Assembly (NCBI GenBank): GCA_963579905.1
Contig: CAUZIZ010000003.1
Location: 3,249 to 67,248, forward strand
Length of the DNA: 64,000 bases
Source of the DNA: Acidobacteria bacterium UBA6911
GTDB taxonomy: Bacteria > Acidobacteriota > UBA6911 > RPQK01 > JAJDTT01
Direction of reading: 5' to 3'
Below are positions 29,380 through 39,744 of the stretch, piece after piece (position 1 is the first letter of the stretch; the number at the start of each line of letters is the position of its first letter). Made by a program: the position numbers and the translations under genes. Under the pieces are notes generated by a model. The model made no database searches. It saw only the letters and a program-made list of their open reading frames with translations, and was not told the DNA's origin.

Positions 29380-31337
29380 CAGTCAGATCAGCGAGCCCCT
29401 CTTCTTCCGCTGGATTATTCAGGAAGAGAGGTGCGGTCGGGGACTCGGAAGATTTTTCTGTTGTCCACTCTCTCCTCGGAACTTGGCCTCGGATTGCAAG
29501 CTGCTCAAGTCGTGCGCGGATTTGGTTTGCTTTCCCATCCATTGATGCTGGTGATGGGGGGGCATTTCGGCGTGCTGTTCCAGGTTTCTTGATTTTTGTT
29601 CTTGCTGTTGCGTCTGGCTGCAGTTCGCTCTTCGAGCTCCCCACCGTTGCTACGGGCCCGGCCAGTGCCCCGGGAACGGCAGCCATCACGGTCAACGGCA
29701 GCGTTAATCCGCACGCGGTGGCAACTCATTACTATTTTGAATATGGCACCTCGGCTGCCTACGGAAAGAGAACGCCTGTTCGTGAGCTTCCTTCACGCCT
29801 GGCGGCGTACTTCTACGAAAGCTGGGATGAAGGCCCGGGAGGGTGGACGACCTGGGGTGTGAAGCAGTCTTTGCACCGAGACGGCGGACACTCCAACGGA
29901 TTCTTGAGGATTTCCGAGCCCAGCACCTTGAACGACTACAATCACAGGATGGCCGGAATTCTCCATCTGGCCAAATTCTTCTACTCGGGACCGGTCTACA
30001 AGAGTGCGTACCTGGGTGGAGGTGATCCCGATTTCAGGGATGCCCGGGTCCGTCTCTGGGTGCGCGGAAATGACTGGAAGCCGAACGGGTCCGAGCTGGT
30101 CTGGTGGACCCAGAGTCAGAGTAATATCGAGGCGGGGAATCAGAGAGGCGTTTTCAAACGCGCCAATTGGGACTATACCGGATTCACGCTGACCGCCCAT
30201 CTCCGCGACGGCAATTGGAATCGGGTCGAGTACCGGCTTCGCAACGACACCACCCAGTGGACGTATGGGGGGAGTAACCTGGGTTCGGACGGGCGCAAGT
30301 ACTATTCATATCGGTCCATTGACCAGGCTCTGGGCCATCTCAACTGTAATTTTTTCCATCTCCTGGCCTTTGTCAATCCCCACAATCCTCCTACTGGATC
30401 GATCGATTTCGATGAGTTCGAGCTTGCCTATCGCAACGAGTCTCTGGTTTTTCCCAGTAATGGAGGGAAACTGATCGACTGGCGCCGATACTCCAAAGTA
30501 GATCCCGCAACCCTGACGGACGGATGGCGACACGGCGAGGACCGGATGTGGAAGAGCCAGGAAAATCCCGCCGGTCCCCGGGAATTCACCTACACCTCCG
30601 AATCCGAGGTCACGATCGATACGGTTCAACTGCACCAGAATCCCGAGTGGCCGGGCAAGGGCGTGGAGGTTCTGGTCTCGGCGGACGGCAACTCCTATCA
30701 GTCAATCCTGAAGCGGCCCTTTCCAGAAAAGAGCAATAGCGGCCCCAATTTTGACTTTGTCGTCGAGCAGGGACTCGCCAGCAAGGCCCGATATTTGAGA
30801 GTTCGTCTCTCTTCTGGCTATCAGCGTCGCTACTGGGGATTGGGAGAGATCGAGATTTTCGGTAGCGGCGCTACCATGGTCCCCGATGACGATGACTACT
30901 ATGTGAATACCGATCTTTACGATGTTAAGCCGGGTGAGACTTGTCACTACAGGCTGGTGGCGACCAACAGTCACGGGAGCGGCTATGGAGAGGATCGGAC
31001 TTTTACCCTTCCTGCGTCGGACCAACCGCAGGTCCTGAAGGGGCAATCGAGTCGTATTAACGGTTCGACCGCCAGGCTGCAGGGAAGAGTCAATCCCATG
31101 GGCGTGCCCACCTATTTCTGGTTTGAGTGCGGCACCGACGAGGAGTATGGATCGAAGACCGAGGTCAGGTATGCGGGTCTCGAGCAGACCCCACGGACGG
31201 TTTTCGAGACCCTCACTGGATTGGGATCCGGAACGACGTACTACTACAGGACCGTAGCAGTCAACGGAAGTGGTACCGGATATGGAGATGCCGCTAGATT
31301 CAGCACGACAACATTATCCGCGTCCGAGGGACGATAG
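29376..31337 (+). CDS. Secreted/lipoprotein carbohydrate-binding protein with FN3-like tandem domains and an F5/8-type-C (discoidin)-like domain.
   Basis: Repeats GSVNPHAVATHYYFEYGTSAAYGKRT and GRVNPMGVPTYFWFECGTDEEYGSKT. Discoidin-like YLRVRLSSGYQRRYWGLGEIEIFG. Lipobox-like LAVASGC. The ATG at 29376 overlaps the upstream stop (ATGA), but the first ~70 aa overlap repeat copy D, so the true start may be TTG 29589. Confidence 0.6.
   Translation: MTVRSASPSSSAGLFRKRGAVGDSEDFSVVHSLLGTWPRIASCSSRARIWFAFPSIDAGDGGAFRRAVPGFLIFVLAVASGCSSLFELPTVATGPASAPGTAAITVNGSVNPHAVATHYYFEYGTSAAYGKRTPVRELPSRLAAYFYESWDEGPGGWTTWGVKQSLHRDGGHSNGFLRISEPSTLNDYNHRMAGILHLAKFFYSGPVYKSAYLGGGDPDFRDARVRLWVRGNDWKPNGSELVWWTQSQSNIEAGNQRGVFKRANWDYTGFTLTAHLRDGNWNRVEYRLRNDTTQWTYGGSNLGSDGRKYYSYRSIDQALGHLNCNFFHLLAFVNPHNPPTGSIDFDEFELAYRNESLVFPSNGGKLIDWRRYSKVDPATLTDGWRHGEDRMWKSQENPAGPREFTYTSESEVTIDTVQLHQNPEWPGKGVEVLVSADGNSYQSILKRPFPEKSNSGPNFDFVVEQGLASKARYLRVRLSSGYQRRYWGLGEIEIFGSGATMVPDDDDYYVNTDLYDVKPGETCHYRLVATNSHGSGYGEDRTFTLPASDQPQVLKGQSSRINGSTARLQGRVNPMGVPTYFWFECGTDEEYGSKTEVRYAGLEQTPRTVFETLTGLGSGTTYYYRTVAVNGSGTGYGDAARFSTTTLSASEGR
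29447..29520 (+). repeat. Partial copy D of the ~220-bp repeat family.
   Basis: ttgtccactctctcctcggaacttggcctcggattgcaagctgctcaagtcgtgcgcgg aligns with the core of copies A, B and C. It lies ~70 bp after the GH130 gene stop. Confidence 0.5.
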
Positions 31338-31435
31338 GATTCGGTAACGAAGCAGATCGCGTGAGCTCCTGCGTCAAGAAGGGCCGCAGACATTTTTCAG
31401 TCACACCCCCGACATTGGGTTACAATGTGGAGCGT

Positions 31436-31522
31436 GCGAAAGTGGCGGAATTGGCAGACGCGCCAGATTTAGGATCTGGTGGGTGAGAGCCCGTGGGGGT
31501 TCGAGTCCCCCCTTTCGCACCA
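31436..31522 (+). tRNA. tRNA-Leu(TAG): tRNA-Leu (anticodon TAG) with a long variable arm.
   Basis: GCGAAAGTGGCGGAATTGGCAGACGCGCCAGATTTAGGATCTGGTGGGTGAGAGCCCGTGGGGGTTCGAGTCCCCCCTTTCGCACCA. Acceptor stem GCGAAAG/CTTTCGC. Anticodon loop TT-TAG-GA. T-arm GGTTCGAGTCC. Confidence 0.9.
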
Positions 31523-31570
31523 AATGAAATCAACGGGTTACAGTGATGTGACGGAAGCGAACCGAGCCCG

Positions 31571-31762
31571 TCACGGACCTGTCGTCCAGTTTTCGTCCAG
31601 TTCCGAATGACGGTTTTGCCACTCTTGTAGCTCCGCTTTCTGAGCCGCCTTCACCGAACGGGTGGCGTGTGAGTCCACATAGTGGACGTAGCGCATGGTG
31701 GTCTGGATGTCCGCGTGCCCCAGACTTCGCAGTCGTCGGTCGCCAGTCAGGGAACGTCTGAA
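31571..31762 (-). pseudogene. C-terminal ~60-aa remnant of a tyrosine recombinase (phage-type integrase).
   Basis: ...RRLRSLGHADIQTTMRYVHYVDSHA... is the conserved C-terminal catalytic-Tyr block (GH..i.tT..Y.H) of integrases. The upstream part of the ORF is not integrase-like. Confidence 0.6.
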
Positions 31763-31785
31763 CGTTTCTGACGGAGCACCTACAT

Positions 31786-33420
31786 TCACCAAAAGAAATA
31801 GAATACCAACACGAACGACGTCGCGACTACGACGCCCGCCCACAGATGGGGCTGCAGCCACCACGAAGACACGCCGTCGGGAAAAGGTGACTCCTGGATC
31901 TCCGGCACATCTGCCTGGGAACGACGGAGCCAACCCGACTCCTCTGTCTCCAAAGCATCTCGGTCCTCGGACCTCCCCAGCACCAGAGAGCTCAAAATCA
32001 TGGCGCCCGAAGTAATGGCAATGCTCCAGAGATAGGCAACAAACCGGTCAGTCAACCAGACCGGGAGCATCCCCAGACTAGAACCAATGATCGCCAGGAT
32101 GCCGTAGGTGGAACCGGCGGCAAGACCCAGAATCCCACTTCTTCGATGGACTCGGGTGAAGACGCCCATCAAATAGACGGTCATCAGCGGTATCACGAAA
32201 ACGCTCGTAACTCGCACGAAGAAGCTGGCAATATTCTCGTAACTCAAGATGAACGGAATGTAGAGGAAGGAAAGACCGATGACGACTGGAGTCACCGTCC
32301 GGCTGACTTTCAAGTAGTGCGCGTCTTCTCGATCCCGGGCGATCAACCTGGCGTAGATGTCTCGGGTGCAGAGGGCAGACAGCGCTGATCCAATGCCCTC
32401 GTAGGTCGTCATGGCGGCCGACACGACACCCGCGACTACAATCCCCTTCAGCCCACTGCCCAGGAACCGGTTCACGAGGAGGGGATAGATCTCGTCCGGA
32501 CGCTGCAAGGTCTCGGGCCAGAGTGCGCGGCCCAGAATTCCCAGGGTGCCATTGAAGTACATCATCACCATGGTCATGGCGGCAGCCAGCAGGACTGACA
32601 TCTTCACGTCCCACAACGAGCGCGCCCCTAACAGCTTCATTGTCTCGCTGTGGTTGACGATTGGATAGGCGGCTCCGATGATCACCCATGCCGCCACCAC
32701 GATGAGCGCGTCGGGCTGACCTGGGCGGGAGGCCCCAATATGAAGCAGGTACCCGGGAAGCTCGGTTCCGCCCTTGGCTGCCAGGGCTGCGGTGGCTCCC
32801 TCCCAACCGCCTACGGCCTGCCAGACGACAACCCACAGCACCAGCGTCCCCAGGACCATGGAAACGGTCAGGAAAGCATCCGCCCAGGCAATGGTCTTGA
32901 GTCCGCCGCGCGCGGAATAGAATGTGGCCATGCCGGCAAAGGCCACCACCACGGCCCACGCCCAGAATCCTTCGACTCCCATGACACGCGTGAGCATCAG
33001 CTGCAGTGAAATCGCAATGCCGGCGAGGATGTTGGTCCGGTATTGGACCTGGACCAGCACACTGATCACCCGGGCACCTGGGCCGAAGCGGCCCTCCAGA
33101 TACTCGGCGTTGGTGAACATGGCTCCCCGGTACATTGGCGGCAGGACAAAAAAAGCCGTCACGACGTAGCCGATGACAACCCCCATCCACCAGGTGGAGA
33201 GAATCGAAATGCCGTCGGTATAGCTGATGCCGCTCAAGGCAACGATGTCACCGGCATCCACCGACGTGGCAAACATGGAGACAGCGACGATCCAGAAGGG
33301 GAGGCTACGTCCACCCAGAAACCAGTCGACGTGGGTCCGGGTCTGGCTGGATCGCAAAAGACCATAGCCGAAGACCGTAAGGTTGATACCAACAACAATG
33401 GCCCAATCAAGCAGGGTCAT
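31786..33420 (-). CDS. Sodium:solute symporter (SSS/SLC5) family transporter.
   Basis: 544 aa with multiple TM segments. SSS blocks GGRSLPFWIVAVSMFATSVDAGDIVALSG and FFVLPPMYRGAMFTNAEYLEGRFG. Confidence 0.85.
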   Translation of the reverse strand: MTLLDWAIVVGINLTVFGYGLLRSSQTRTHVDWFLGGRSLPFWIVAVSMFATSVDAGDIVALSGISYTDGISILSTWWMGVVIGYVVTAFFVLPPMYRGAMFTNAEYLEGRFGPGARVISVLVQVQYRTNILAGIAISLQLMLTRVMGVEGFWAWAVVVAFAGMATFYSARGGLKTIAWADAFLTVSMVLGTLVLWVVVWQAVGGWEGATAALAAKGGTELPGYLLHIGASRPGQPDALIVVAAWVIIGAAYPIVNHSETMKLLGARSLWDVKMSVLLAAAMTMVMMYFNGTLGILGRALWPETLQRPDEIYPLLVNRFLGSGLKGIVVAGVVSAAMTTYEGIGSALSALCTRDIYARLIARDREDAHYLKVSRTVTPVVIGLSFLYIPFILSYENIASFFVRVTSVFVIPLMTVYLMGVFTRVHRRSGILGLAAGSTYGILAIIGSSLGMLPVWLTDRFVAYLWSIAITSGAMILSSLVLGRSEDRDALETEESGWLRRSQADVPEIQESPFPDGVSSWWLQPHLWAGVVVATSFVLVFYFFW

Positions 33421-34192
33421 TTCAACTCACTCGAACTGGCACGCGCCCTTCTCGCCACCGGGGACAGACGTAATCATGAGCGAACTATACCAGTGGGCGA
33501 CAGCCACTGGGGACAGACGTCAACATGAGATGACTACACGATTAGGTCTCGTTAGACGTTCTCATGCCTGGATCTGTGTGGGATCAGACACGGAAGTGCC
33601 GAGAACTCGACAGAGAGGCCGTCTTTCCGATCTAGTGGTCTGGCATGAGGAAACCATTTTTCGTGCTGCTGCTTCTAGTTTCGCTGAACGCGACCGAAGT
33701 CCGCGGAGACGAGAGTCCTGACTAAGCTTCAGCTGCTGATGCAGCAAGGCGCTCCTATGACCTTCTCTAAACTCCACAACGACAGTCGCTTCGAGAAAGA
33801 GGAGAAGGATTTCATCGGTCGGATGTACGAGATTTTCTTCCAGATTCCTGGCTTCTTGAAGAGTGAGCACGAACGCACCGACGCGATTCCCACGCTCCGC
33901 CGGATCGCGGATCATTTTGAGGTGACTGACAATTCGATCGATCTGCTTCTGACCGTCATGGCCGCCGACCGCAGGGTGCCTTCTTTCTTCGTTCGGCGAC
34001 CGCACCACCAAAGAGATCCCCTCACTCCAGCTGACCCGGATCGCCCTTTGGCAGTTCTGCTGCCAGGGAGAATGTAGCGGGTCCGCGCGTTTTCTGCCCG
34101 GTGTCCTGGTAAAATGCTGAGTTCGCAGATCTTCCCGCAGCATTTGGACATCAGGTCTATATACATCGTCTACGAGGATTGACTCAAGGCTG

Positions 34193-34438
34193 TTGACCAG
34201 GGAAGCCGGCTCCCTCTCCACTCGCTCAGCGGCACGATGGAGCCCGAACGATCTCCCCGGCTTCGCCCTGGAGGAGTCTCCCGTGATCTGGGGGGATGAG
34301 ATCGCGTACATAGTGAGGTGGGAGAGGAGTCACGCCCGAGCAACATCGGAGAAGCCCCTGGCCAGCCTGGCTGGCCAGCCTGTCCGCCTGCGTTTCGTGT
34401 TGAAGGATACAGATCTCTACTCGCTGAGGTTCCAGTAG
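34193..34438 (+). pseudogene. C-terminal ~60-aa fragment of a GH130-like paralog.
   Basis: ...LPGFALEESPVIWGDEIAYIVRWERSHARATSEKPLASLAGQPVRLRFVLKDTDLYSLRFQ is near-identical to the C-terminus of 39113..39718 (...LPGFALEESPLIWGDEIEHTVRWERGYAKATSDRPLGRISGKPVGLRFVMKDADLYSLRFR). Confidence 0.6.
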
Positions 34439-34638
34439 GAGCAGCACCGGCAACCCGGCCTCGGGACCTTGCTCCTTTGCCCACCCTGACTGCCGTAATC
34501 ACCGGACAACTTCAGCCCGGAATCGGTGGACAACTTGGCCCGGAACAAGCATAGGATTGGCAGATCTAGTCCCGGAAAGGCTCAGTCGGGTTGAGGAAAC
34601 GCTTGTAGGTTTGAGGACGCCGTCGTTTCCGGTAGGGA

Positions 34639-35577
34639 ATGTCTGCGACGGCAACCTACCGGCCCCGCCATCCCGAGAGGACGCCCTTCTACCAGTGTCT
34701 AGCGGACTACGGGAACGAGTTCAAGCAGAGTGATCCCTATTTCTATGAAGCGAAGTATGGACCCAGGCGGCCAGTGGGGGACAAGACCGTCGACCGCTTC
34801 TTGGAGTGTGGCCTCTTGCGCCACGGATTCGCTCGCCTGAAATGTGGCCGCTGTTCGCACCAGGCGCTCTTAGCGTTCTCGTGCAAAACGAGATATTTTT
34901 GTCCTTCCTGCCCAGCCAAGCGGGTGGCCGCCTTTGTCGAGTGGGTCAGCGAAGAAGTCCTGGAGGCGGTCGACCATCGCCAGTACGTCTGGGCCCTCCC
35001 CCGGGTCTTGCGCCCGGCCTTTCGAAAAGAGCGCAAGCTTTTGGGCCGCCTCAGTCGCTGTGCCTGGACCAGCCTGCGCCAATACGCCCAGGCGGCGCTC
35101 GGCGAAGGCTTCGTGCCGGGCGCGGGGGTGGCGATCCAGACCTACGGGGATGCGCTCAATCCTCACGAACCTATCCCTATGCTCGCCAGCGATTCTGCTT
35201 GGGCGCCCGACGGGAGTGTGCGCTCGATGGGCGAAGTCGACGCTGAAGTCCTCACGGACCTCTTTCAACATCAGGTCTTGGAGGCGATGGTGGCCGAGCG
35301 TCGTCTCAGTCACGACTTTGCCCAGAAGCTGCGCGCTTGGCACCCGAGCGGCTTCGGCGTCCATCGTGGCCGGCCTATCGAGAGCGACGACCGTCCCGCC
35401 TTGGAGCGTTTTGCCACCTACCTCCTCCGTCCCAGTTTCGCCGCCAGTCTACTGCAGTACGATCCCCAGCAAGGTCGGGTAATACCGCACTGCCAAGGGT
35501 ATCCACCGCACCCTGGATGCCCTGGACTGGATCGCGCTGGTGACCTCCCCCTACTCCAAACCCGGGGGAACAGATGA
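34639..35577 (+). mobile_element. IS91-family transposase remnant (pseudogene; HUH motif degenerated, C-terminus lost).
   Basis: N-terminal Zn-binding module LKCGRCSHQALLAFSCKTRYFCPSCPAKR, typical of IS91-family transposases. The region where HUH is expected reads IQTYGDALNPHEPIP. The ORF ends prematurely and the catalytic Tyr region is absent. Confidence 0.6.
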
Positions 35578-35682
35578 GCCGTTATTATGGCCGTTACTCC
35601 AACGCTTCGCGTGGGCAGCGGCGCCAAGCCTCCACCCTGGCCACGGGCAAGGGCGCCTCCCAGGCCACGGACTTGTCTGTGG

Positions 35683-36060
35683 TCATGTGGATCGAGTCGG
35701 AGTGGGCCGGCTGCTCAGTACCTTTGTGAGCTGTGATGGTCTGTGGAAGGGACGTGTCTTCCTACCGAAGATCAGGTCGGTAATGTGCAGCAGCTTGCGG
35801 TACTCGAGAATCTCCTTGATCCCCGGAACACAGTTGTGGGTGTTTAGATAGCGCTCCGGCCAGGGGTCCTCGGGGAGGGGACTTTCGAAGAACTGCTCGC
35901 GATTCTCCTGGTAGAAACCTTCGTAGCTCTCCCAGGCCCGGTCCATCTGGGACGAATCAATCAGGCCGGGCAGGACTAGGTAGCCTTCGTCGGCAAAGAA
36001 GGTGCAGGCCGCGGCCTCCTCCTGGTCGATCTTCCCAGTCAGCCGCCTTTCCCTGATAAG
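35683..36060 (-). pseudogene. N-terminal fragment of a phytanoyl-CoA dioxygenase (PhyH) family protein.
   Basis: The extended reading frame gives ...TFFADEGYLVLPGLIDSSQMDRAWESYEGFYQ..., resembling the PhyH N-terminus (compare HLEVEGYVVLPGMLTPDQIAQLHAE of the intact gene at 62072..62947). It terminates after ~125 aa without the His/Asp iron ligands. Confidence 0.4.
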
Positions 36061-36106
36061 ATAGGGAAGAGAGAACAGAGGTCGTCTTCAAGCTGGGAGC
36101 AGCAGT

Positions 36107-37312
36107 ATGATGAGATCGATCGCTTTGCTAGGGTTGGGATTGGTAACGATCTGCGACCTCGTGGAGTCGGCGAACCTGGGGCAGGTCAAGATCAAGCTAG
36201 AACACACGGTGGAGATAGTTCCAACCGGCACGGGATTGGGTCGGGGGATGCTCGGTGTCGTCCGCCATCCCGACGGATCGATCTTCGTCAACACCCAGAC
36301 CTTCGGGCTGGCGAAGAGCACCGGCGGTGGCCAGACCTGGACCGCAGTCCCAGCCGAGAACGCGTTTGCTCTTGGCGTCAGCCGCGACGGGAAGCTGTGG
36401 CTTGCCAATCAAGGCAGTCACAGGAAGACCCTGTTCGTGCGTCGCTCGGCCGATGGCGGCCGCCGCTGGGAAACGACGATGATCAACGGCGGGGCGTTTG
36501 CGCCCGATGCTCCGCGTCACCCCTACTCGTGGGTCGGCGACGACTACAATACCTTTCTTGAACACCCTGACGGAACGCTCATGTTCTCGGCCGGGATGCG
36601 CTACCTTCCGTGGTTTTACGAAGACGAGAGTCTCATGATCGATGGCCTCGTCCGACCCGATGCAGACGTAGGCGGACTGATGATGCTGCGCTCCACAGAT
36701 GGGGGTAGGAGCTGGGGTGATATGACACTGGTCCATCCCTTTGCATCCGAAGTGGGTTACGCCATGGATCCCGAGAACCCCAGGCGTATCCTGGCTATGA
36801 CACGAATCCAGCGGCCCCTGCTGGCCGGAGAAGACCGAGAAGCAACGCTGAAGAAGACCGGGGCGCCGGCGACCGTGAAGTCTGAGGCACCCTCGATCTA
36901 CAAAAACGGACTCCTGTTGGAATCGGAGGACGGGGGGAGAACCTTTCACGAAGTCCCGGGAGGGCTCACCGAATTCTACGAGATCCGCGGCACCATCCTG
37001 TGGGCCCAGAACAACACCGTGGTAGTGACCCATCAGGGTGCCCATCCGGGAGGAGGCCCGGATGGTCGTCTGTTAGCAAGAATCAGTCTCGACGGAGGCA
37101 GCAGCTGGCTAAATGGCACTAGAACCGGCACACCTTTTATGAATCAGTCAACGAAATTCGTCCTGCTTCCCTACCCGCCCGGTCACTCCTTTACCGCTCC
37201 CACAGTCGAAGTCTCCGACAACCGCTTCTTGACCGTCTACTTCCACGGCAATCTCAGCCAAAACAGGGCTATGGTCAGCGGCGTCTTCTGGCACCTCGAG
37301 AACCCTCGCTGA
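36107..37312 (+). CDS. Secreted BNR/Asp-box repeat protein (sialidase-like fold).
   Basis: Signal peptide MMRSIALLGLGLVTICDLVESA. Four Asp boxes: RSADGGRRWE, RSTDGGRSWG, ESEDGGRTFH and SLDGGSSWL. Confidence 0.75.
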   Translation: MMRSIALLGLGLVTICDLVESANLGQVKIKLEHTVEIVPTGTGLGRGMLGVVRHPDGSIFVNTQTFGLAKSTGGGQTWTAVPAENAFALGVSRDGKLWLANQGSHRKTLFVRRSADGGRRWETTMINGGAFAPDAPRHPYSWVGDDYNTFLEHPDGTLMFSAGMRYLPWFYEDESLMIDGLVRPDADVGGLMMLRSTDGGRSWGDMTLVHPFASEVGYAMDPENPRRILAMTRIQRPLLAGEDREATLKKTGAPATVKSEAPSIYKNGLLLESEDGGRTFHEVPGGLTEFYEIRGTILWAQNNTVVVTHQGAHPGGGPDGRLLARISLDGGSSWLNGTRTGTPFMNQSTKFVLLPYPPGHSFTAPTVEVSDNRFLTVYFHGNLSQNRAMVSGVFWHLENPR

Positions 37313-37838
37313 CGGGCCGACTTCATCCACTACTTCAGGAGGTTTGTACCTGGATTGGCGAGGCTCCAGTTGTACCAGAAGGCATCGAAACCACTCAGCT
37401 TGACACTCTGAGGGGCCCTTTCGAATTGCCCTGTTGTGGGATTGAAGCTCGCCCCCGTCGCCTCTTCAATCCAGGCCCCTTCCTTCCTGCGATAGCCTCC
37501 CTCCAGGAGGACGAAAGCTCGAGCTGCCTCAGATGGCCACAGTAAGGCGGTCCGTCAACTGGCCTTCCCCTTCGGAAATATCAGTCGAAGGGTCTGTGCG
37601 CCACGTGTTGTTCGCATCTTTTTCGAAAACAAGGTCAGTGTCGTCCTCAACTGGGCTGAGGAACTCAAGCGGCTGGTGCCGACCGAGAACTGAGACGAGC
37701 CAGTCTGTTTGTCGTCCAGTTATCGTCCAGTCAGAAACCTATAGGATATCGTCAGAAATCACTCGATCGATGCGGAAAAAACCCAGGAACCAATTGAGTT
37801 TTCAGTAGTTTTCGTTAGATTTCACGTCGTTGTCCAAC

Positions 37839-37896
37839 AGATTTAGGATCTGGTGGGCGAGAGCTCGTGGGGGTTCGAGTCCCCCCTTTCGCACCA
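37839..37896 (+). repeat. 58-bp direct repeat of the 3' half of tRNA-Leu(TAG) (attR-like), 56/58 identical to 31465..31522.
   Basis: agatttaggatctggtgggCgagagcTcgtgggggttcgagtcccccctttcgcacca differs from the tRNA by 2 positions. The similarity continues ~10 bp past the tRNA end. Confidence 0.8.
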
Positions 37897-39112
37897 ATCA
37901 AATCAATGACTTAGCGCGAAGCTACGAAAAGGCGAGTGGACACACTATTTATCTCCGTCCACTTTTCGTCCACCTTGAAGTTCACGCTTTTCGGCCTCTC
38001 GGACTGATTCAATCGCGTGTTCTTCCGGTGTACCCAAGTTGATCGAGTCCGGGTGGCCTGCTTGCTCCGGGCGAGAGCCAAAGGAGAGACCAATGTCTCA
38101 AGAGAGAAGAAAGAGCGAGGATCTCTGGGCTCCTATCGTCTTGCCGTGAAAGGCTCCCGTGAAGGACTCAGAGTCTCGTCGAATAGGCCCAAAAAGCTCT
38201 CCCGGACAAAAGTGCGGTAGTAGTAACCCGATTATGTTTGCCAATGTCAGGCAGCGAGACCCGGGACAAATTTTGCTGCCTGGTTGTCCACCCAGAGTCC
38301 GGGGGTCCATGCGAAGAATCGAATCGGAACGGGCTCGGGAGGCTGGGAGAATACTTGTCCAACGCCAGGGATCGTGGCGGCCTCGCTCATGGAACTCACA
38401 AGCACAAACAGCGGAGGCCCGGAACTGTCCTCAAAAATCAACTGCGCCGCGACCGGAAATTCGGTCATCGACAGGGTCTTCACGGGCACACTGCGCACCG
38501 GGAACGTGGCGAACAGCCATTGTTCGAATTGGACGGACGCCACAGGCGCCGGTGCGAGCGCGGTCAATGGAGAGAGCGACTTCAAAGATGTGAGATGGAC
38601 TGAGGACGGGGTAGAGCCTGGCTCTTTCTTCAGTCGCCTCTATTGCTTCGAAAGCCAATAGGGAAAGGCCACGGCCAATTCCCAAGTGCGTCCTTTTCGG
38701 TTCTCCGGCCACGCCGCCGCTGACCCACCCCAACCATCTTCCCACGTACTCCCAAAGCCGGGCAGGCTCCTGATCGTAAAGTCGGGTTGCCCGTTAGACG
38801 AATTGCTCCAGGGTCTTCTGGGCTACGCCGAGTCCGTCGGCTCCGAAGTGGTAGCCCAGGAAGTCGAATCCCTTCTCGATGGGCCCGATGGACGTCTTCT
38901 CGGGATCCTTTTCCAGCCCCCAGTCCCTGCTTACTCCTCACTGCTCGAATCCCTACGGAAAACTCACCAAGAATCTCCTCATCTGCCATTCTTCCATCGC
39001 CCTGCCGCAGTACTCAGCGCCCTGTTTCTTCTCTACAACCTGCCATCACGCAAAGCAATCTCGGGGTAGTCCAGGCTCGTAGGATCGAATCAGCGAGTTA
39101 GCGGCCCTGTTC

Positions 39113-39718
39113 CTACCGGAACCTCAGGGAGTACAGATCCGCATCTTTCATGACGAATCGCAGCCCCACCGGCTTCCCGGAAATCCGGCCCAGGGGCCTA
39201 TCTGAAGTGGCCTTGGCATAACCTCGTTCCCAGCGCACCGTGTGCTCGATTTCGTCTCCCCAGATCAGCGGTGATTCCTCCAGAGCAAAGCCAGGAAGAG
39301 GATTTCCCTGGATATCCTGGATCTCCACACGGATGCTGCCGGCTGCGGAGGTGGCGAAGTTCAGCACCAGGTTGTCCCCGTTGAAGACTAGCGGTTTCGT
39401 GACAAGCTCGCCGCCTGCATAGCCCGCATGCACTGAGACGAATCCATCCGTTCGGAGCACCATCCGCTGCACGTGGACACTGGGAAAGGTGTAATGGCGT
39501 TGAAGGTAGAGAGAAATCTCGTCCGCTGCCGTAGCCACGACTCCGGAGGCAGGTGTATTGGCTCGATGAATCCAGTTTCGGGGGTGCCTGCCCGGGCGGA
39601 TAAAGGCCTCCATGAAGGTCCGCTGCCAATGAAATCCGTCTCGACTGCTGAGAAGGACTACGTCTGAAATACCAGACCTCGGATTTACCCTGAACGGTTC
39701 CAGGGTGCGCCTGGGCAC
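39113..39718 (-). pseudogene. 5'-truncated GH130-like paralog (C-terminal ~200 aa only).
   Basis: ...SRDGFHWQRTF...GGELVTKPLVFNGDNLVLNFATSAAGSIRVEIQDIQGNPLPGFALEESPLIW... aligns to the C-terminal half of the intact paralogs. An in-frame TAA lies 8 codons upstream of the first possible start (GTG 39716..39718). The upstream region belongs to a different gene on the other strand. Confidence 0.65.
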
Positions 39719-39744
39719 TGCGCGCTGCCGAGCCCGGTTGGCTT

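Larger units (their letters stand above)
31436..37896 (+). mobile_element. Degraded tRNA-Leu-associated integrative island (~6.4 kb).
   Basis: An intact tRNA-Leu lies at one end and a 58-bp tRNA 3'-half direct repeat at the other. Inside are an integrase remnant, an IS91 transposase remnant, GH130 and PhyH fragments, an SSS transporter and a BNR protein. Confidence 0.6.

Noticed and set aside
32078-33190. 370-aa minus-strand ORF and several plus-strand ORFs (32146.., 32650.., 33043..).
   Set aside because: They overlap the SSS transporter gene 31786..33420 in other frames or antisense. Gly/Arg-rich composition. No family match.
33562-34311. 249-aa minus-strand ORF (MYAISSPQITGDSSRAKPGR...) and its look-alike at 39240..39422 (plus).
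   Set aside because: Their shared N-terminal peptide is simply the antisense translation of the duplicated GH130 C-terminal segment (PGFALEESP(L/V)IWGDEI...). This is not evidence of a real protein. The plus-strand 33739..34077 ORF in the same region is an alternative weak candidate and was left unannotated.
36197-37045. 282-aa minus-strand ORF.
   Set aside because: Antisense to the BNR-repeat gene 36107..37312, which has four clear Asp boxes.
37897-39112. Possible genes in the 1.2 kb between attR and the GH130 fragment (e.g. 38686..39069, 38159..38593).
   Set aside because: None has recognisable motifs or convincing coding character. Frames overlap each other extensively. This is likely decayed or intergenic DNA.
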